A stretch of DNA of 61,921 nt, filler included, from Sphacelaria rigidula (taxonomy: Eukaryota), in NCBI GenBank assembly GCA_964200075.2. It is 6 parts of 6 records of this genome, joined end to end, with 100 filler letters (N's around TTAATTAATTAA, not from the genome) between each part and the next. Parts side by side here need not be neighbours in the genome. Positions count along the whole stretch, not along the records: positions 20,677 to 30,914 come from CAXNAA020006877.1; positions 31,015 to 41,250 come from CAXNAA020006878.1; 4 more parts are not named here. One strand, given 5' to 3'. The notes beneath the pieces were generated by a model. The model was not told the DNA's origin and searched no databases. It saw only the letters and a list, made by a program, of their open reading frames with translations. Position numbers and translations under genes: made by a program. Positions within the stretch are counted from its first letter, which is position 1, and the number at the start of each line of letters is the position of its first letter. Below, in pieces: positions 21,261 through 33,720 of this stretch.

Positions 21261-24200
21261 GTTTTTTTTTTTCCTTGAAATGTTTTGTTGCGCACATAAA
21301 TTGCACCTGTACTTGACGCATGCGCGATGGATTAGATTCGACGTTTATTTTTTAATTACAAGGGAGGGCGTGTAGGCTATCAACAAGGCTTCAGTTTTAC
21401 CCGGCACGTGGTGGTGAAAATATGTCGGAAGATGTTTCAATCTATTGAGGGCTTTGATTTTCGTCTGTGTATCTCCGCTACTGCTTGCTTCATGAAAAAC
21501 GACAATATTGTTTCACGCATAAACTCACCCCACGAAAAAAAAAAAAGCCACCTCCGTCCGGAAGCTGTTTTGCCCTTAGGTCCAAGCTGTGACACTTTAA
21601 ACGACTGCCCCCGCCGAAAAAGTGCCTGGTTTGGGGAGGAAAAATGTTCACGTGAATCGAAATGGGAAAGACCGAGCACAACGAGCAGCTTGGAATCCCC
21701 CCGCTTGGGTTCGTTCTCGCCAATGTCGCCCATATGAGGCGCTTCATGCAGCCTGAACCCAAATATCAGGCGCTGTATTACCATTCTTTTCGTGACACTA
21801 CTGGGCTGGTTTGGGGGGGCAGGGGCTATCGTAGCAAGCGTTCTATCCGACTTAGATCCTACCGTCCGAAGAAAAGTAAGATATTCATGGTTACGCGAGA
21901 TTTTTTTTGTGCACTCATCTTTACTGCTTCCCTCTGAAAGTGATGATTAAACGTTCATTTTCTTCCATTGGATCTCCCCCCCCCCCAAAAAAAAAAAATC
22001 ACAGCCATCTCGCGACTGGAAGACTTGCGCTATCTTGGACTGGCCAACGTGCAAGCCTTTGACGATGAGGCCCTTTCAGCAGTGTGCTCCTCTTGCACCA
22101 AGCTTCAAACGCTCAACCTCAACGGTACGGGGGTGCAGCAAGTTGAAGGCCTCGCTTTGCTCGGTGTCATCTTAACGGACCTCAGCCTTGGCCACACCAA
22201 GTGAGTATTTACTTCTTTTTTTTTCTTTCTTCAGCTTCGGTGGCTAGGAGGATCGTAAAAGCACGCTTTTAGGGCCTGATGTTAGGTTCGCTGAGATGAA
22301 GTAAGACACGTGTATCAACCGTTGGTTGCGTTTTTTTTCCACGCCGGCGAGTCCGCATCACGCACAGTCATAATCCACCCGTGAAAATGTTGTACACCCT
22401 GGACAATAGGTTGCACTGTCAAGAAGTGTACTGCGTGCAGTATCGACTATTGCATCTGTTGCAACAGGCTAAAGATTTCATAATGTACGTATTATAGTAC
22501 ACCTTTCGACACTTGTATCTGTTGTCCAGGGTGTGCAACATTGTGGATTATGACTGCGTCATGCGGACTCAATAGATTGCATTGTCGAGAATTGTACTGC
22601 GTACTGTATCGACTATTGCAAGGATCGGACGAAAGATTGGTTCGTCTGGAAATTACTTGATTATAGTGTAGTTGATTCGTACCCCACGAATCAATCCTCA
22701 AGCTTTGTTTTCAGTGTTGCAACCCAGGTACGCGCGGCCCAGGGATGTGGAATGGCGCATAAATTGCGTGGAGACCGTTTTGACCAGCGGCCATTTTTTT
22801 TCTCTCTTTCGAGCAATCACGCCTGAAAATTCGTAGATTTAGCTATTCGAACCGGCGATGATTCGTCCGAATCGAGGACTATTGCACATGTTGCAATAGG
22901 CTATAAATTTCGTAATGTACGTATTATAGTATTATAGTACACTTTTTGACGACGTAATTTATCGTCACTATCCGGGGTATGGATGGAAGCAGCAAAAACG
23001 ACAGTTCGTTTTTGTTTTTTTGTCGGCATTCTTTCAAACCCTCCCCTTCCTCCGGAGAGGTCCGGAGAGTCTCCCGGGATCAACCCGTCCATCTCTCCCT
23101 GGGTACTTATACGCCTCGCATGTTGGCATCGCCGATTGGATTGGATCATGACTATTCCCGCATCACCTCGACTCTCGTCAACTTACCTGTCTTTGCTACT
23201 CAAAGCCTTCATGCTGTCAACGGCGGAAACGAGATACGATCAGCACATCTCAGGCAAAAAAAAAATGCAAGGGTGTGTGTAGGGTGGGGTAGGGTAATGC
23301 CCAGAGATTTCCTTTCCCGAATTTTTTAGTGCGATGGCCCAATCTCTAACCTCTACCCAAATATTGGGTAAAGTTGGGTACGATCGCACTACTCACCCCA
23401 ATATCTGGGTTTTGTTGAGTTGTTGTTGTTGTTGTCTTCACATTAAAAAACCGTTCCGATATCTGCGCGGTACATTCGTACCGGGCATCTGATGCGGACG
23501 CCTTCCGTGGTCACAGGCTAGCAAATGAGTACGAGTTGTGAAGATACATACCGATATCGCAGTTTTTTCCCCAGCCGTATTTGTTTGTCCAGGGGCATTT
23601 TTCGAAACCTCGGAGCCGAGCGAATCTAAAAATTATCTGGACTCATTTTGGTGGGGCGATGCAAAGTGTCCAAGACGTGTGATGGCGATATTCCCTGTTT
23701 TGGAGCCAAAAACCGCGTCAAAAGGTCCAAAAAGTGGAAAATACGACCCCATAAAACACGAGCCGTAAGAAACGGTCTCAGAATACGATTTTTCAAAATA
23801 CCCAAGTGTACGAAATACTCCACCTGACACACTCTTGGAGAACTGAATCCGAATCTGCCGGGATTCGAACCGAACCCGCGATCGTTCGCCCTCGCTGGGT
23901 TTCATGTGTGTACCGGTTGGGACATGCGCATGTACAATGTTCCGTTTCCCCCAGTTTATTTCAACTGTTCTTACAGGGCCTCCTTGCCGTAAGCCATGCG
24001 GCAGAAAGGCCGGCCGTTCTAATTTGCTGTTTTGTTTTTGGCAGACCGGTACGAAGGTAGATGAATATTTACTTTCTCCATCACATAAGTTAGGACCGAA
24101 TTTCGGCGCTGATCGTATCTTTTCAACGGAGGCGCCTACGATGCTATAATTAGTTTCATCGAAAATATTTTTTTTACAGCTAACTGATGCAAATATATAT

Positions 24201-25721
24201 ATATATATGCAATTTTATTACATATCAAAATATGGGCCAAGAAGTCCCCAAAATTGGCCAATTTCGGCTACATTTCGAGAATGTTTTTGAGAACGTTGTT
24301 GAGACTTGAGTGTAGAGCACACCGGGGTATCCGCGCGGCAGAGGGCTGGAACGTTAGAAAGGACAGTCAAGTACGACAAGGAGGCCTTCACAAAGGCTTG
24401 GGACTATCTGGCATCAAGCACGAGTGATGGAGAGGATGATTCACGATTTATTTTAGTCCCATATTTTTTTCCTTTTTCGGCACTTTTTTGTTCGTGGAAA
24501 AGGGGTAAAAAAACGGCCTTTTTTGGGCCGGCTTCTTTTTTTCTGGCCGCTACTCCACCTGGAGTGATGCGAATTGAATAAAAACAGACATTGTATTTTA
24601 CTAAAAAAACGCCAAGGAATTCAATAAATTAAACGAAAGCAGCATCGGAGACCGTTAAGGACGTCTGTGAAAAATTCGGTCCTAACTTATGTGACAGAGG
24701 AAGTACGTATCTTGACTTTTTTTTTTTCTCTCCCTCTTCCTTTTCCGTTGTATCTCCTCTTCGTTTATTTCTGTCATATTGTCATTTTTTTTTCATCTTG
24801 TTCCTCGTTTTTGAGTTTAGATCTCCCCTCCCTGTCTTCGTTTTCCTCCCTTCCTCGAGCTTCCCTCAGCGAATGTTCCCGTTTTTGTATTTTTATCTTG
24901 GGTTCAGTATGTCTGCCTTGCGACCATGACTGATATCCTAGGAGTATACTCGTAATCTTGCACGCCTTAGTCATAAAGGCCATTGACCACGCATCCCTAC
25001 AAAGCCGGGACGGAGCACCCTGGGTTTTCGCCGGACCAGACTCGCAATGAATCACCAAGCGCGAAGCGCTGTGATGTGTTAGGCGAGTCGCATGAAGGGC
25101 CAGCTGCACCCCGCTATGATTGTCCGGCCCGAAGCCTACTGATTATCTTGCGTTTGGATGACAGCCTCCGATGAGTTGCAGCTTCTGGTGTCGTCATCTC
25201 CAGAGACGGTCACGGCTTACACACTACCTCATGGGTGTCTCATCAACATGACGTCCGAAGGGGGTCAGTTAGTATGCAACAATTAATCAATTAAATCAAT
25301 CGATGATCAGTATGCCTGCCCCATGGAAACTCGGCCCAAACAGCCCGCCTCATTTCACACGACCCAGGCTTTGGAAGGGCTGATCAGCCTCGAGATCCGT
25401 TTGCGTTTAACAAGTTCGGTTACAGGGTAATTATGGTCTCACGCACCCCGACCCCTTTTTCCCCGATGCTCCTGTCCCGTTTAATACAGCGTGGGTGATG
25501 ACAATATGGATGCCATTGCATCGCTGCGTGGCCTGACTACCCTAACGCTGCGAGGCACCCAGGTGACGGGGGTGGGAATAGCGAGACTTGCGTGCCTCAG
25601 CAACCTTCGATCGCTCAATCTGGCAAATACGCGTGCTTCTCGTGAGGGTGATGGGGGTCATCCGGCGTTGGCTGTGGATGCTCTCAGGGCGAACATTGCG
25701 GCGCTCAATATACGGCTGTGA
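20864..25721 (+). CDS. Leucine-rich repeat protein (RNI/AMN1/F-box-LRR-like), last three exons
   Basis: Exons 20864-21217, 22005-22200 and 25490-25721 (TGA) join in phase (1, then 2). LxxLxLxG repeats: LRLLSVAGCRGITDAG, LREFDISGT, LTSLDLEGC, LRYLGLANV, LQTLNLNGT, LTTLTLRGTQVT, LRSLNLANT. Confidence 0.88.
21600..21833 (-). mobile_element. Partial copy of the CTACGATAGCCC MITE family
   Basis: Reverse-complement match to 29254-29504 (gccaatgtcgcccatatgaggcgcttcatgcagcctgaa...gggctatcgtag). Confidence 0.65.
22395..22533. mobile_element. Short CACCCTGG...CCAGGGTG MITE
   Basis: Terminal inverted CACCCTGGACAA / TTGTCCAGGGTG. The same terminus recurs near 2343, 16298, 34030, 34748 and 52864-53003. 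Confidence 0.55.
23420..23900 (-). mobile_element. Probable SINE/retroposon with tRNA-like head and (CAA)n tail
   Basis: Minus strand has a B-box GGTTCGAATCCC at ~23860-23871 and ends ...aatgtgaagacaacaacaacaaca at ~23420-23445. Confidence 0.45.
24072..24703 (+). mobile_element. Mariner-derived non-autonomous element with Stowaway-like TIRs and transposase C-terminal remnant
   Basis: TA TSD on both sides. TIRs CTTTCTCCATCACATAAGTTAGGACCGAATT / AATTCGGTCCTAACTTATGTGACAGAGGAAG. Coding remnant SVEHTGVSARQRAGTLERTVKYDKEAFTKAWDYLASSTSDGEDD at 24309-24440. Confidence 0.85.
24950..25305 (+). repeat. Interspersed repeat, possibly a non-LTR retroelement 3' end with (AATC)n-like tail
   Basis: Inverted homologues at ~40890-41250 and ~42060-42270. 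Ends in caattaatcaattaaatcaatc. Confidence 0.5.
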
Positions 25722-26185
25722 TTTTGGTGGAACATGACCCTTCGTGTTGGACATTCGGAACGTGTTTGTTGTTGTGCTATGATAAAAGCAAAGCCTGCTG
25801 GTAACATCAGGCTGGGGGTTATGCGGGGTTCATGTTGTCCAATAGAAGGTGTGGATATATGTGTGTATAGCAAGATATCAACGATGACAGGCAGGTGTGA
25901 CCAGTGTTCTTTTTTCGTTTCATTTGTATTTGGTCGTATTCTGTATATCTCGAAATTGAATGGTCGGAGAGTGGTGAGTGAGAGTCGGCATCCAACGATG
26001 TCGAATGTCTGGTTGTTCGGTGTAATTATATCTCCGAAAGAGTGTTGTCGCAGCATCAAGCAGGGTGTGGCACAGCGTGTTTGTTTCAGTGTGTGGGCTT
26101 GAGATTAATATTTGGTGGGAGATTAAAATTAAGGTTGTGCTCTGTAGGGTGTACCTGCTGAAATTCGAGAATGTGCAGAAGTACA

Positions 26186-26617
26186 AGGCCGCTTCTTACA
26201 GACTGAAAAAAAAACTCTCTGAGAACTGCCCTTTTGAACCTTTCATCACGGATTATTGGCGGAATACGGGCCTTGGCGGATTTGGCCTCCTCGGAAAAAT
26301 TTGCTCTATTTTCCACGAGGATTCCAGGACGCTTGTCCGATATTTCGTACTCTCAGTTTTACTCTTGGCCGGATACCGTATTTTTCACGACAACTGGACC
26401 ATTTTCGCGGCGACTGAAAAAATCCAGAATCCGGCCAAGAGTAAAACTGGGAGTACGAAAGATCGGACAAGCGCGCTGGAATCCTGGTGAAGAATAGAGC
26501 AAATCATCCCTAGGGGGCCAAATCCGCCAAGGCCCGTATTCCACCAAAAATCCAAGGTGGAAGGTTCGAAAGGGCAGGTCTCAGACACTTTTTTTTCAGT
26601 CGTATAAGAAGCGGCCT
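26186..26617. mobile_element. Foldback element/MITE: long imperfect inverted repeat
   Basis: ~200-nt arms (aggccgcttctta...ttttactcttggccggat vs atccggccaagagtaaaa...taagaagcggcct) around a short spacer. Confidence 0.85.
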
Positions 26618-26722
26618 GAAGAAGGTATTTTATCGGCCCCACCCTTTCGGACCATACCTGAGTGTTCGGAACAGGGATTGATACCCTGCCGAAACCATAG
26701 CGAAATGTTTGGTATACATTTT

Positions 26723-26897
26723 GGTATGGTAAAGTGTGGCGAACTCACACCCCCTACTTCCAGGTATACCCCTGCAGAACACAACCTTGGAAGTGTTCCC
26801 TAATAGGCTGGTATGGTCAAGTGTGACGAACTCACACCCCCTACTTCCAGGTATACCCCTGCAGGACACAACCTTGGAAGTGTTCCCTAATAGGCTG
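26723..26897. repeat. Tandem duplication of an ~87-nt unit
   Basis: Two near-identical copies of ggtatggt..aagtgtg.cgaactcacaccccctacttccaggtatacccctgcag.acacaaccttggaagtgttccctaataggct. A related motif lies near 56850. Confidence 0.9.
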
Positions 26898-27564
26898 CGA
26901 TATGACTGTTCTCTTTCGTTTGATAAGCTGATGTGCTGAGGTGCAAACCACTGCCTCATTAAGTCATTAGATACAGAACTGTTTACTGGATCATGTGCTC
27001 CGTTCCGTACGTAGGACTTCCAATGAGCGGCGTAACTTAATCCCGTATGTCTCTCAAGGCACCCCAGTATTTGAGAATCTTGATTCCTTCCAGGAGTAAA
27101 AAAGTGTACTGTAGTCGTTGCTCCAGTCATAACTCGCCTTTCCAACCGTTCCATGATGTGGAGTAAGAGGAGAGGGCACGGTGAAACGTTCCGGGAGCAC
27201 TCTCTTGAACATGTCGTTTTGACGTCCCCCGTGTGACATAGTAGGTTACTACGTTTTCGCCAGATTGAGTAAGTAGCATTTGGTTGAGAGTACAAAACCC
27301 AAGTAAGTGAAAATCTTGATCCATTTGTTGACTGTTGTTTCTTGAAGCATGTATTCGTCCAGGCAATCGAGTAGTTTCGAACGGAAGCTGTTAGCAGTGG
27401 GATGAATCCAACGTATATTTTCATTGCATTGGCCCTGTCAACCAACAGAAATCTAGAACTCCACATTTTCCCCCAGAAATGATCGTTTAATACCTGAAGC
27501 AGTTTCTCTGCCGAAATGCCCCTCGAGGCCTTATACTAGGCCTTGCACGCTTCTTGTACTGTAG

Positions 27565-28126
27565 TACGAGCTAGGCCAGCTGACAGTGGTTTACGCATGT
27601 GTCCGGGCCGGGCGGTGGGTAATTCGAAGCGTTAGGCGCTGAATTTTTGCCACAACATTTTGATGATCATTACGGTACGCACAACCTTCCCGGGGATGCC
27701 AAGAAAAAACAAGGACACAGAAAGTTGGAGCGATTCGAAATTCCTCCAAAAACTGAAAAGTGCTATAACTCCATGAAAATGAAATTCGGGGGCACCCGTA
27801 GTATAGTTGTGCGTCCTCGTGTGGAGGAGATCCTGGTGCAATTTCCACCAAGATTTCCAGAAAATTGGCGCAGCATCCACCTTTAGTGTGGCACGGCTGC
27901 GCTCCTTTCATCCACGTGATGCAGTTGACTCCAGTTATGGAGGTCACGAGTTCGAATCCCGACGGAGTTCTTTTTTTTGTTCCGTCGGCCAGGTGTTACA
28001 TTATGCAGTGCATTTTTTTTTTAAACAGCGGCAGTCCCGTGCGTTACCACGTCGGTCTGATTTGATAAACTTGATAACTTGTGGTGTGATATACAAATGC
28101 GGGATTTACTGCTGGCCCAGCTCGTA
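27565..28126. mobile_element. Putative MITE with TACGAGCTGGGCC-type TIRs
   Basis: tacgagctaggccagc ... gctggcccagctcgta. The same terminus occurs at ~9381, ~30848 and ~41977. No clear TSD. Confidence 0.5.
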
Positions 28127-29049
28127 GCGGCAAGCTGTAGCCTCCGATATCCCCGAGTAAAATGTTGCCGTGTAGTTATAAGCGCATGTCGTTGTTTCAG
28201 GCAAGAATAGCACATGAGCAAAGTTGATGCAAAATGAAAATAATGGTCAAGATAGAGCGAATCATGAAACTCCTCTTCAATCAAATGCTCGACACTCAAT
28301 CTGGCGAAGCGGTTGTTGCGTGTGACCATTGGATCGACAAAAGATCACGCACGATGACAAAATGAAGGCATGGGATAGAGCAACGTGACCATGTGTGCCG
28401 GATGGCCATCTGGGCGGAAGGCGGATAATCTCAAATAGTAACGGTGGCGGAAAATAAGTTGTCAATCAAAGCTACCCGTGCACGTCTGATCATTTCAGCA
28501 GCCGAACTGACGGTCGCACACAGCAGTTGGACCCCGCACTGCTGTCTGTTACGCCAATGACGGCATGGTTATACATGGCCACGAGTCCAAGGAGCATAAG
28601 GCCCTCAAGTAATCAACGAGAACGACACTCTGCTTAGACGCGGCATGTAACCTCGAGGCGGTGCTTGCCCCGTTGCCCCTTCAGGTCAAATGAGTGGGTA
28701 CTGTACTGTTACACATACTCCCGCAGAGGTGTGACGAGCCAATAGGCGGCTGCAGCAGCCGGCCTTCTGCTATGGATATCCGTCCTGCGGCGTGGTTGTG
28801 GTAGCGCTGGACAGTTGCAAAACATATTCGACTGCCCATCTAAGCACGCCAACCAGGCTCCCGCCTTGGACAAGAATGGGGCAAGAATAGGCGACGATCG
28901 TCCTGACCCCGGCCCTCACTACCACCATAATTCTCAAGTTCCTCGTGTCACAAAAACAAAATCATCCGCAAGGTTACCCCCTCCTCAAACATAGCAAAAC
29001 GAAGGAACGCAAATCGGAGCCGACGAAGGATTCAACAGCGACGACTACA

Positions 29050-30200
29050 TCATGCTTCCATGTCGTTGATAGCAATAAGGTGTGCCTCGATAGCGTCTTC
29101 ATCCAGCGTGTGGAACCGACCCTTCCCGCCCTCGCCCGACACCACACCGACCTCCACCTGGAATTTTCGCCAGGTGAGAGTACACAAATATGCGAACGCA
29201 TGTAACGATGTGATGCATATGGGATGGTGCACAAGCGAAGAGGACAACCTGCTACACTTTCTACGATAGCCCCTCCCCCAAAACAGCCCAATAGTGCCAC
29301 GAAAACAATGGTCATACAGCGCCCGATGTTAGACTTCAGGCTGCATGAAGCGCCTCATATGGGCGACATTGGCGAGAACGAACCCAAGCGGCGTAGGAAT
29401 CCCCAGCTGCTCGTTGTGCTCGGCTATTTCCATTTTTAATTCCCGTGAAGATTTTGCCTCCTAAAATCAGCCATATATTAGATGGGGGCTATCGTAGAAA
29501 GTGTCCCGCACAAAACAGGACGGACAATATTACAAAGGTCTGATGAAGCTTCGCTGGTTCGACCACTCCATCTACGTTTCCTGATATCTGATAGCTCCAC
29601 AGTGGTGAAAAAAATTGACCGCGGATCGAATCAGCCCCCACGAGGACTTTGCCCTGTTCCACGAGCCTGGGGTGCACGTACCTGTATGTGTAACGCTGAA
29701 AACAGAGCCCAACGACAGATTTCTACGGCACGAATTAATTATGTTTGAAATCAAGTAATTCTCAAGACAATCCGTTAATCGACCGACCATTGCCATAGTT
29801 CATGCCCACTAATGATCCTGACGAGTCTAGTAAGCACATGTCGATCGAGGCCTGTTTCTTCATTCTTTTCCCACCCGTTCCTAAAATCAGCACGCCAAAT
29901 CTCTTGAAAACGGGAAAGCTTTGCGACAAACAATGGGGAAAATGAAACGCACATATCTACCCAACCAGGCGAGAAACGTAGACGGCACGCAACATGCAAT
30001 TGCTCCCCGTTGGCTGCTGCAAATCTCGACGAGCGAACAGAAAGCGGCAGTTGCGTTTCCCGGCCACCTCAACCAAGGTTCCATGCCAAAAACTATTCAC
30101 GAAGTCTCACCTCATTTCCCCTGAAGTCCGTGACGGCCTGTAGGCACTGAATAGCGCAGCGGATCGTCGCGTCCTCATCCATTCCTGGGAAGGCATCAAC
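29050..30200 (-). CDS. PSMA6: 20S proteasome subunit alpha type-6 (alpha1), last two exons
   Basis: Phase-0 exons 30200-30111 (VDAFPGMDEDATIRCAIQCLQAVTDFRGNE) and 29157-29050 (VEVGVVSGEGGKGRFHTLDEDAIEAHLIAINDMEA*). These match the alpha1 C-terminus ([24 protein letters not shown]...FRILTEAEIDAHLVAL). Confidence 0.85.
29254..29504 (+). mobile_element. MITE with ACACTTTCTACGATAGCCCC TIRs in the PSMA6 intron
   Basis: Perfect 20-nt inverted termini. Other copies at ~21600-21833 and ~61697-61830. Confidence 0.8.
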
Positions 30201-32419
30201 CTATTTCGTCCAAAACCCCGTCGCACAACAGAACAAGTCGATTTCAATCCACGCGCCGGTGAGATTCGTATACTATATGAAAAGGTGGTGGGGGGGGGGG
30301 GGGGGGGGATTCCATACCACCAGCGTATGTTACCACTTGGTAGGATAGAAATTTATCGGAAACTAATGATTTTGAGACAATGCTAACCCTCCAACCCGAA
30401 CCAAGCGATACCGAAAACCCTCAGGTAATGGGGGTGCAAAGTGTTCTGTAGTTAAGTTTGCGTCGGTGAACCTCAAGTCGTCGCCTGCGACGCCGATTTA
30501 AACAAAAAAAACGCATTTTGTGCATGCTAGGAGCACTTGGGGGTTCTCAGGCCGTGTCCTATCAAATTGTTCTCGTGTCGAAAATGTGCGGTCGAATCGA
30601 ATTCCCTCGTTCTTGATTCGCCCACACTCTTTATTTTCTCAGATGGTTGAGAACATGGATGCCGTGGACGTATCAGGTAAGAGCAAATTCGATTCCACCG
30701 TACGTTTTCGAATCGAAACCAACTTGATAAGACACGGCCTCAGCCCCACTTGAGATCTGAATCTCGATGTTATAAATTCAAATCAAGCGAAAATATTCCG
30801 AGAAACTTGTAGGAAATATCTACGGCATACCACCAACTCCGGAACGGTACGAGCTGGGCCGGCCAAGACGCCAAACGCTCGCCAATATGGCTGTGCCCCG
30901 CCCATTTTTTCGAGNNNNNNNNNNNNNNNNNNNNNNNNNNNNNNNNNNNNNNNNNNNNTTAATTAATTAANNNNNNNNNNNNNNNNNNNNNNNNNNNNNN
31001 NNNNNNNNNNNNNNCCTACACACGCCGAAAAGACCTTCCCCACGACGTATCGACAAGACCGGCCATGGCCTTCGTCGGAGGACGGGGAATGGAGGAGTAT
31101 GGTACTCGTTTTTTCATCGGGCTGACAGTCTCAATCCCTCGCCTAGCCTACTCCGCTCGCTCAGCGCGCCTTTCGATTCAAATCGACGCCAAGAGCGCCA
31201 ATTTGACCTCTGATAACGCACATTCTCCTCAGGACATTGTATGGATCTCCTTTGCCTGAGGGTTCACTGTATGCCTTGCGTTGGGGTCTAGGGTAGGGTC
31301 AGCCTTCGAGTTGAACGAAGCAAAGTATATTCAACCATGAAGTTCCCTCGCCGGATTCGCATACCCCCGCCTCGTAGTATATTTATTTTCGAATACTGCC
31401 GTCACGTTGGCTTAAAACGCATTTGGTTGTTTCACTCTGATGTATGTGTTTGAGATGTTATATCGTGGTGTGTATACAATACAGCTGGCAGTAAGGGTGA
31501 TCCTCTGTGAGCTCCAGCAATATGTATACAGCGCAGTACATGGCAGTGTAGTATCGAACTTCATGGTACCGTGAGGATGATACAGTAGAGCCACTCCGAC
31601 GGCATGGCAACAAAACGACAAACCAGTTACTGGAGAGGCTAAAGAGTGGTCCGGTACAGTTTTGGTTCGTAATTTTGACCATTTGTTGACGGTGCCGGAC
31701 CAATCGAGTCCGGTTTGAAATAATCCCCTTTCCAAGGGAAACAATCGGAACACACGTGTATGGGCCAAACAGTCTACAAGGCGGCTCGATAATAAAAAAA
31801 ATAATGATGTACATACGTGCAGATGGAAGATCAGGGCACAGAACGAGATATTAAAATACAAGACAACGAAAAACGATGAATGAACAATCATCAAACACAT
31901 GCCTCTCAACGAGAAAAAAACAAGAAACGAACGATGCACACCATGGAGCTGGAAAAAAGGAAACGTACATGGTTCACTTCAGACCTGCCTCAAACAATAT
32001 CGTATCCCATGCTCCCATGGTGCACGAGAATATTACGCCGGACAGATCACGATCTATCTGAAATTACGAACTAACCGAAGAAGAGTCACGACTCCGTGGG
32101 TCCAAAAACACAACATATGTGACCGCGGAGTGAGAAACGCCAAAGCGTCACCTTTGCGCTAATCGGCGTGCTTGGCGTCCGGCGCTGTAAAGAGAAAATA
32201 TGGGAACAGGTGCCGAAAGATCCGGATCACGATTCAAATCAGTACGCTGAGAGGAAGTAGTTTCCGGACGGATCATAATCTGTCCGACATGTGATTTTTT
32301 TCGGAATATAAACTTGTCTATATTCCACAGCCTGGACAATACAATACGTGATATGTATTGCCCGCTCGATATGCCGACACTGTTGGCAATTTATACAGTC
32401 CCGCCCGATATGCCGACAC

Positions 32420-33013
32420 TGTTGGCAATTTATACAGCCAGCAGTCTAGCTGTTTGTTTTATGTGTATGGGATTTTACTCTGTAGCAAAATAGCGGCACA
32501 ATATGTTCCAGTTCAAGTAGGAGCCCCCAATATTGACCAAGGGTGCAAGTACTGTTTCTATATGGATCTTTGAGTTTAATATCTTGGCAGACTTGCCACG
32601 TAAGCTCGTAGGATAAGAAAGTGTGCTGCCATTGTGAGTTTCGTAGGTTGAGTAAGAATCCAGTCTGTGAGCTGGCAAACCAACACGTCAGAGTCAAAGA
32701 CGCGTTTCAGTCTACGTACGAGTAGAGTTTTGTTTTTTGTTCCAGGATTGAGTGATTGTAATCGGTGGTCCTCACTGCCCCTTATAATCACTCTGCTCCA
32801 CTACCATCAGTTCTCTGCTTTGAGAGGAGACTGTGAGTAATGCTTTTCTTGGCCGAATAAAGAGCACAATCAACCGTATGTCTCGCCGATTTCATTCTGA
32901 TCTGCAGAAGTATCTGGTCTGACAACCAAGGTGCAACCTCTGCATACTACTGTTCGCTGAACGGTACTTAGCCTATCGCAAGGAAAGTGCTACGGACACG
33001 AGTTATTCCAACA
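32420..33013 (+). mobile_element. Solo LTR (probably Ty1/Copia)
   Basis: TGTTGG...CCAACA termini, 5-bp TSD gacac/gacgc, internal AATAAA. No internal coding domain. Confidence 0.75.
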
Positions 33014-33019
33014 GACGCA

Positions 33020-33720
33020 TCGGGTGGTCAATATATATATATTGGGCGAGCGATATGATGGCACAAGAGAGGGTCAATATATATATATATATATATTGTG
33101 CCATCAATATGTCAAGGCTCGCCAGATGCAATATATATCGGCCGAATAATATATCACGACACGAGCCACCTCAATATAAATTGGCCGAGTAACATGTTGG
33201 TGCGGTAAGGCATTAAATTTTTATTTGTTGAGTACTATATTGGTTACCACACGAGGTCAAAATATACTGGCCGAGTAACACGTTGGTGCGGTAAGGCATT
33301 AAAATTCGTTTGTCGAGTAATATGTTGGCTGCCACACGAGGTCAATATATACGGACGATTCGATATACTCAACACCCGAAGCGCCGATATATATTGCCAC
33401 CCCAATATGTCGTGCGTCAAGGCGTCCCATATATATTGGGCGGACAACACACGAGGAAAGGGACAATCACAGTACATATTGGTGTATCAATATATGTATA
33501 CTTCGAAGTATATATATGTATTGATATTCAACATGTTGATTGGGAAGTGTATTGGAATTAGTATACTGGGCAGTCTTATGTTCGCGGGCGCCGTTGGAAG
33601 AAGTACCACCACATGCCGAAAACGCCCAATATATTCCTCCGCGAGCGTGTTCAATATATATTAGCTGCACCATACGCGTAGCTATGTGATGAGCGTCCGC
33701 AATATAGACGGAAAAAACAA
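33020..33720. repeat. AT-rich degenerate repeat array (CAATATATATTGG-type), interior of a CACCCTGG-type element
   Basis: Recurrent caatatatat/atattggccga motifs. A similar block lies at ~34400-34757, ending CCAGGGTG. Confidence 0.55.

Noticed and set aside
26630-27466. 278-aa minus-strand ORF
   Set aside because: It runs through a tandem duplication and repeat fragments, with no protein-like motifs or supported splice structure.
10649-30200. Ankyrin-TM + LRR + proteasome as an immune or degradation gene cluster
   Set aside because: The ankyrin gene is on a different scaffold. The LRR/PSMA6 convergence alone implies no functional link.
30642-30675. Plus-strand mini-exon (cag|ATGGTTGAG...TCAG|gtaaga)
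   Set aside because: Isolated, antisense within the PSMA6 intron and next to repeat termini, with no partner exons.
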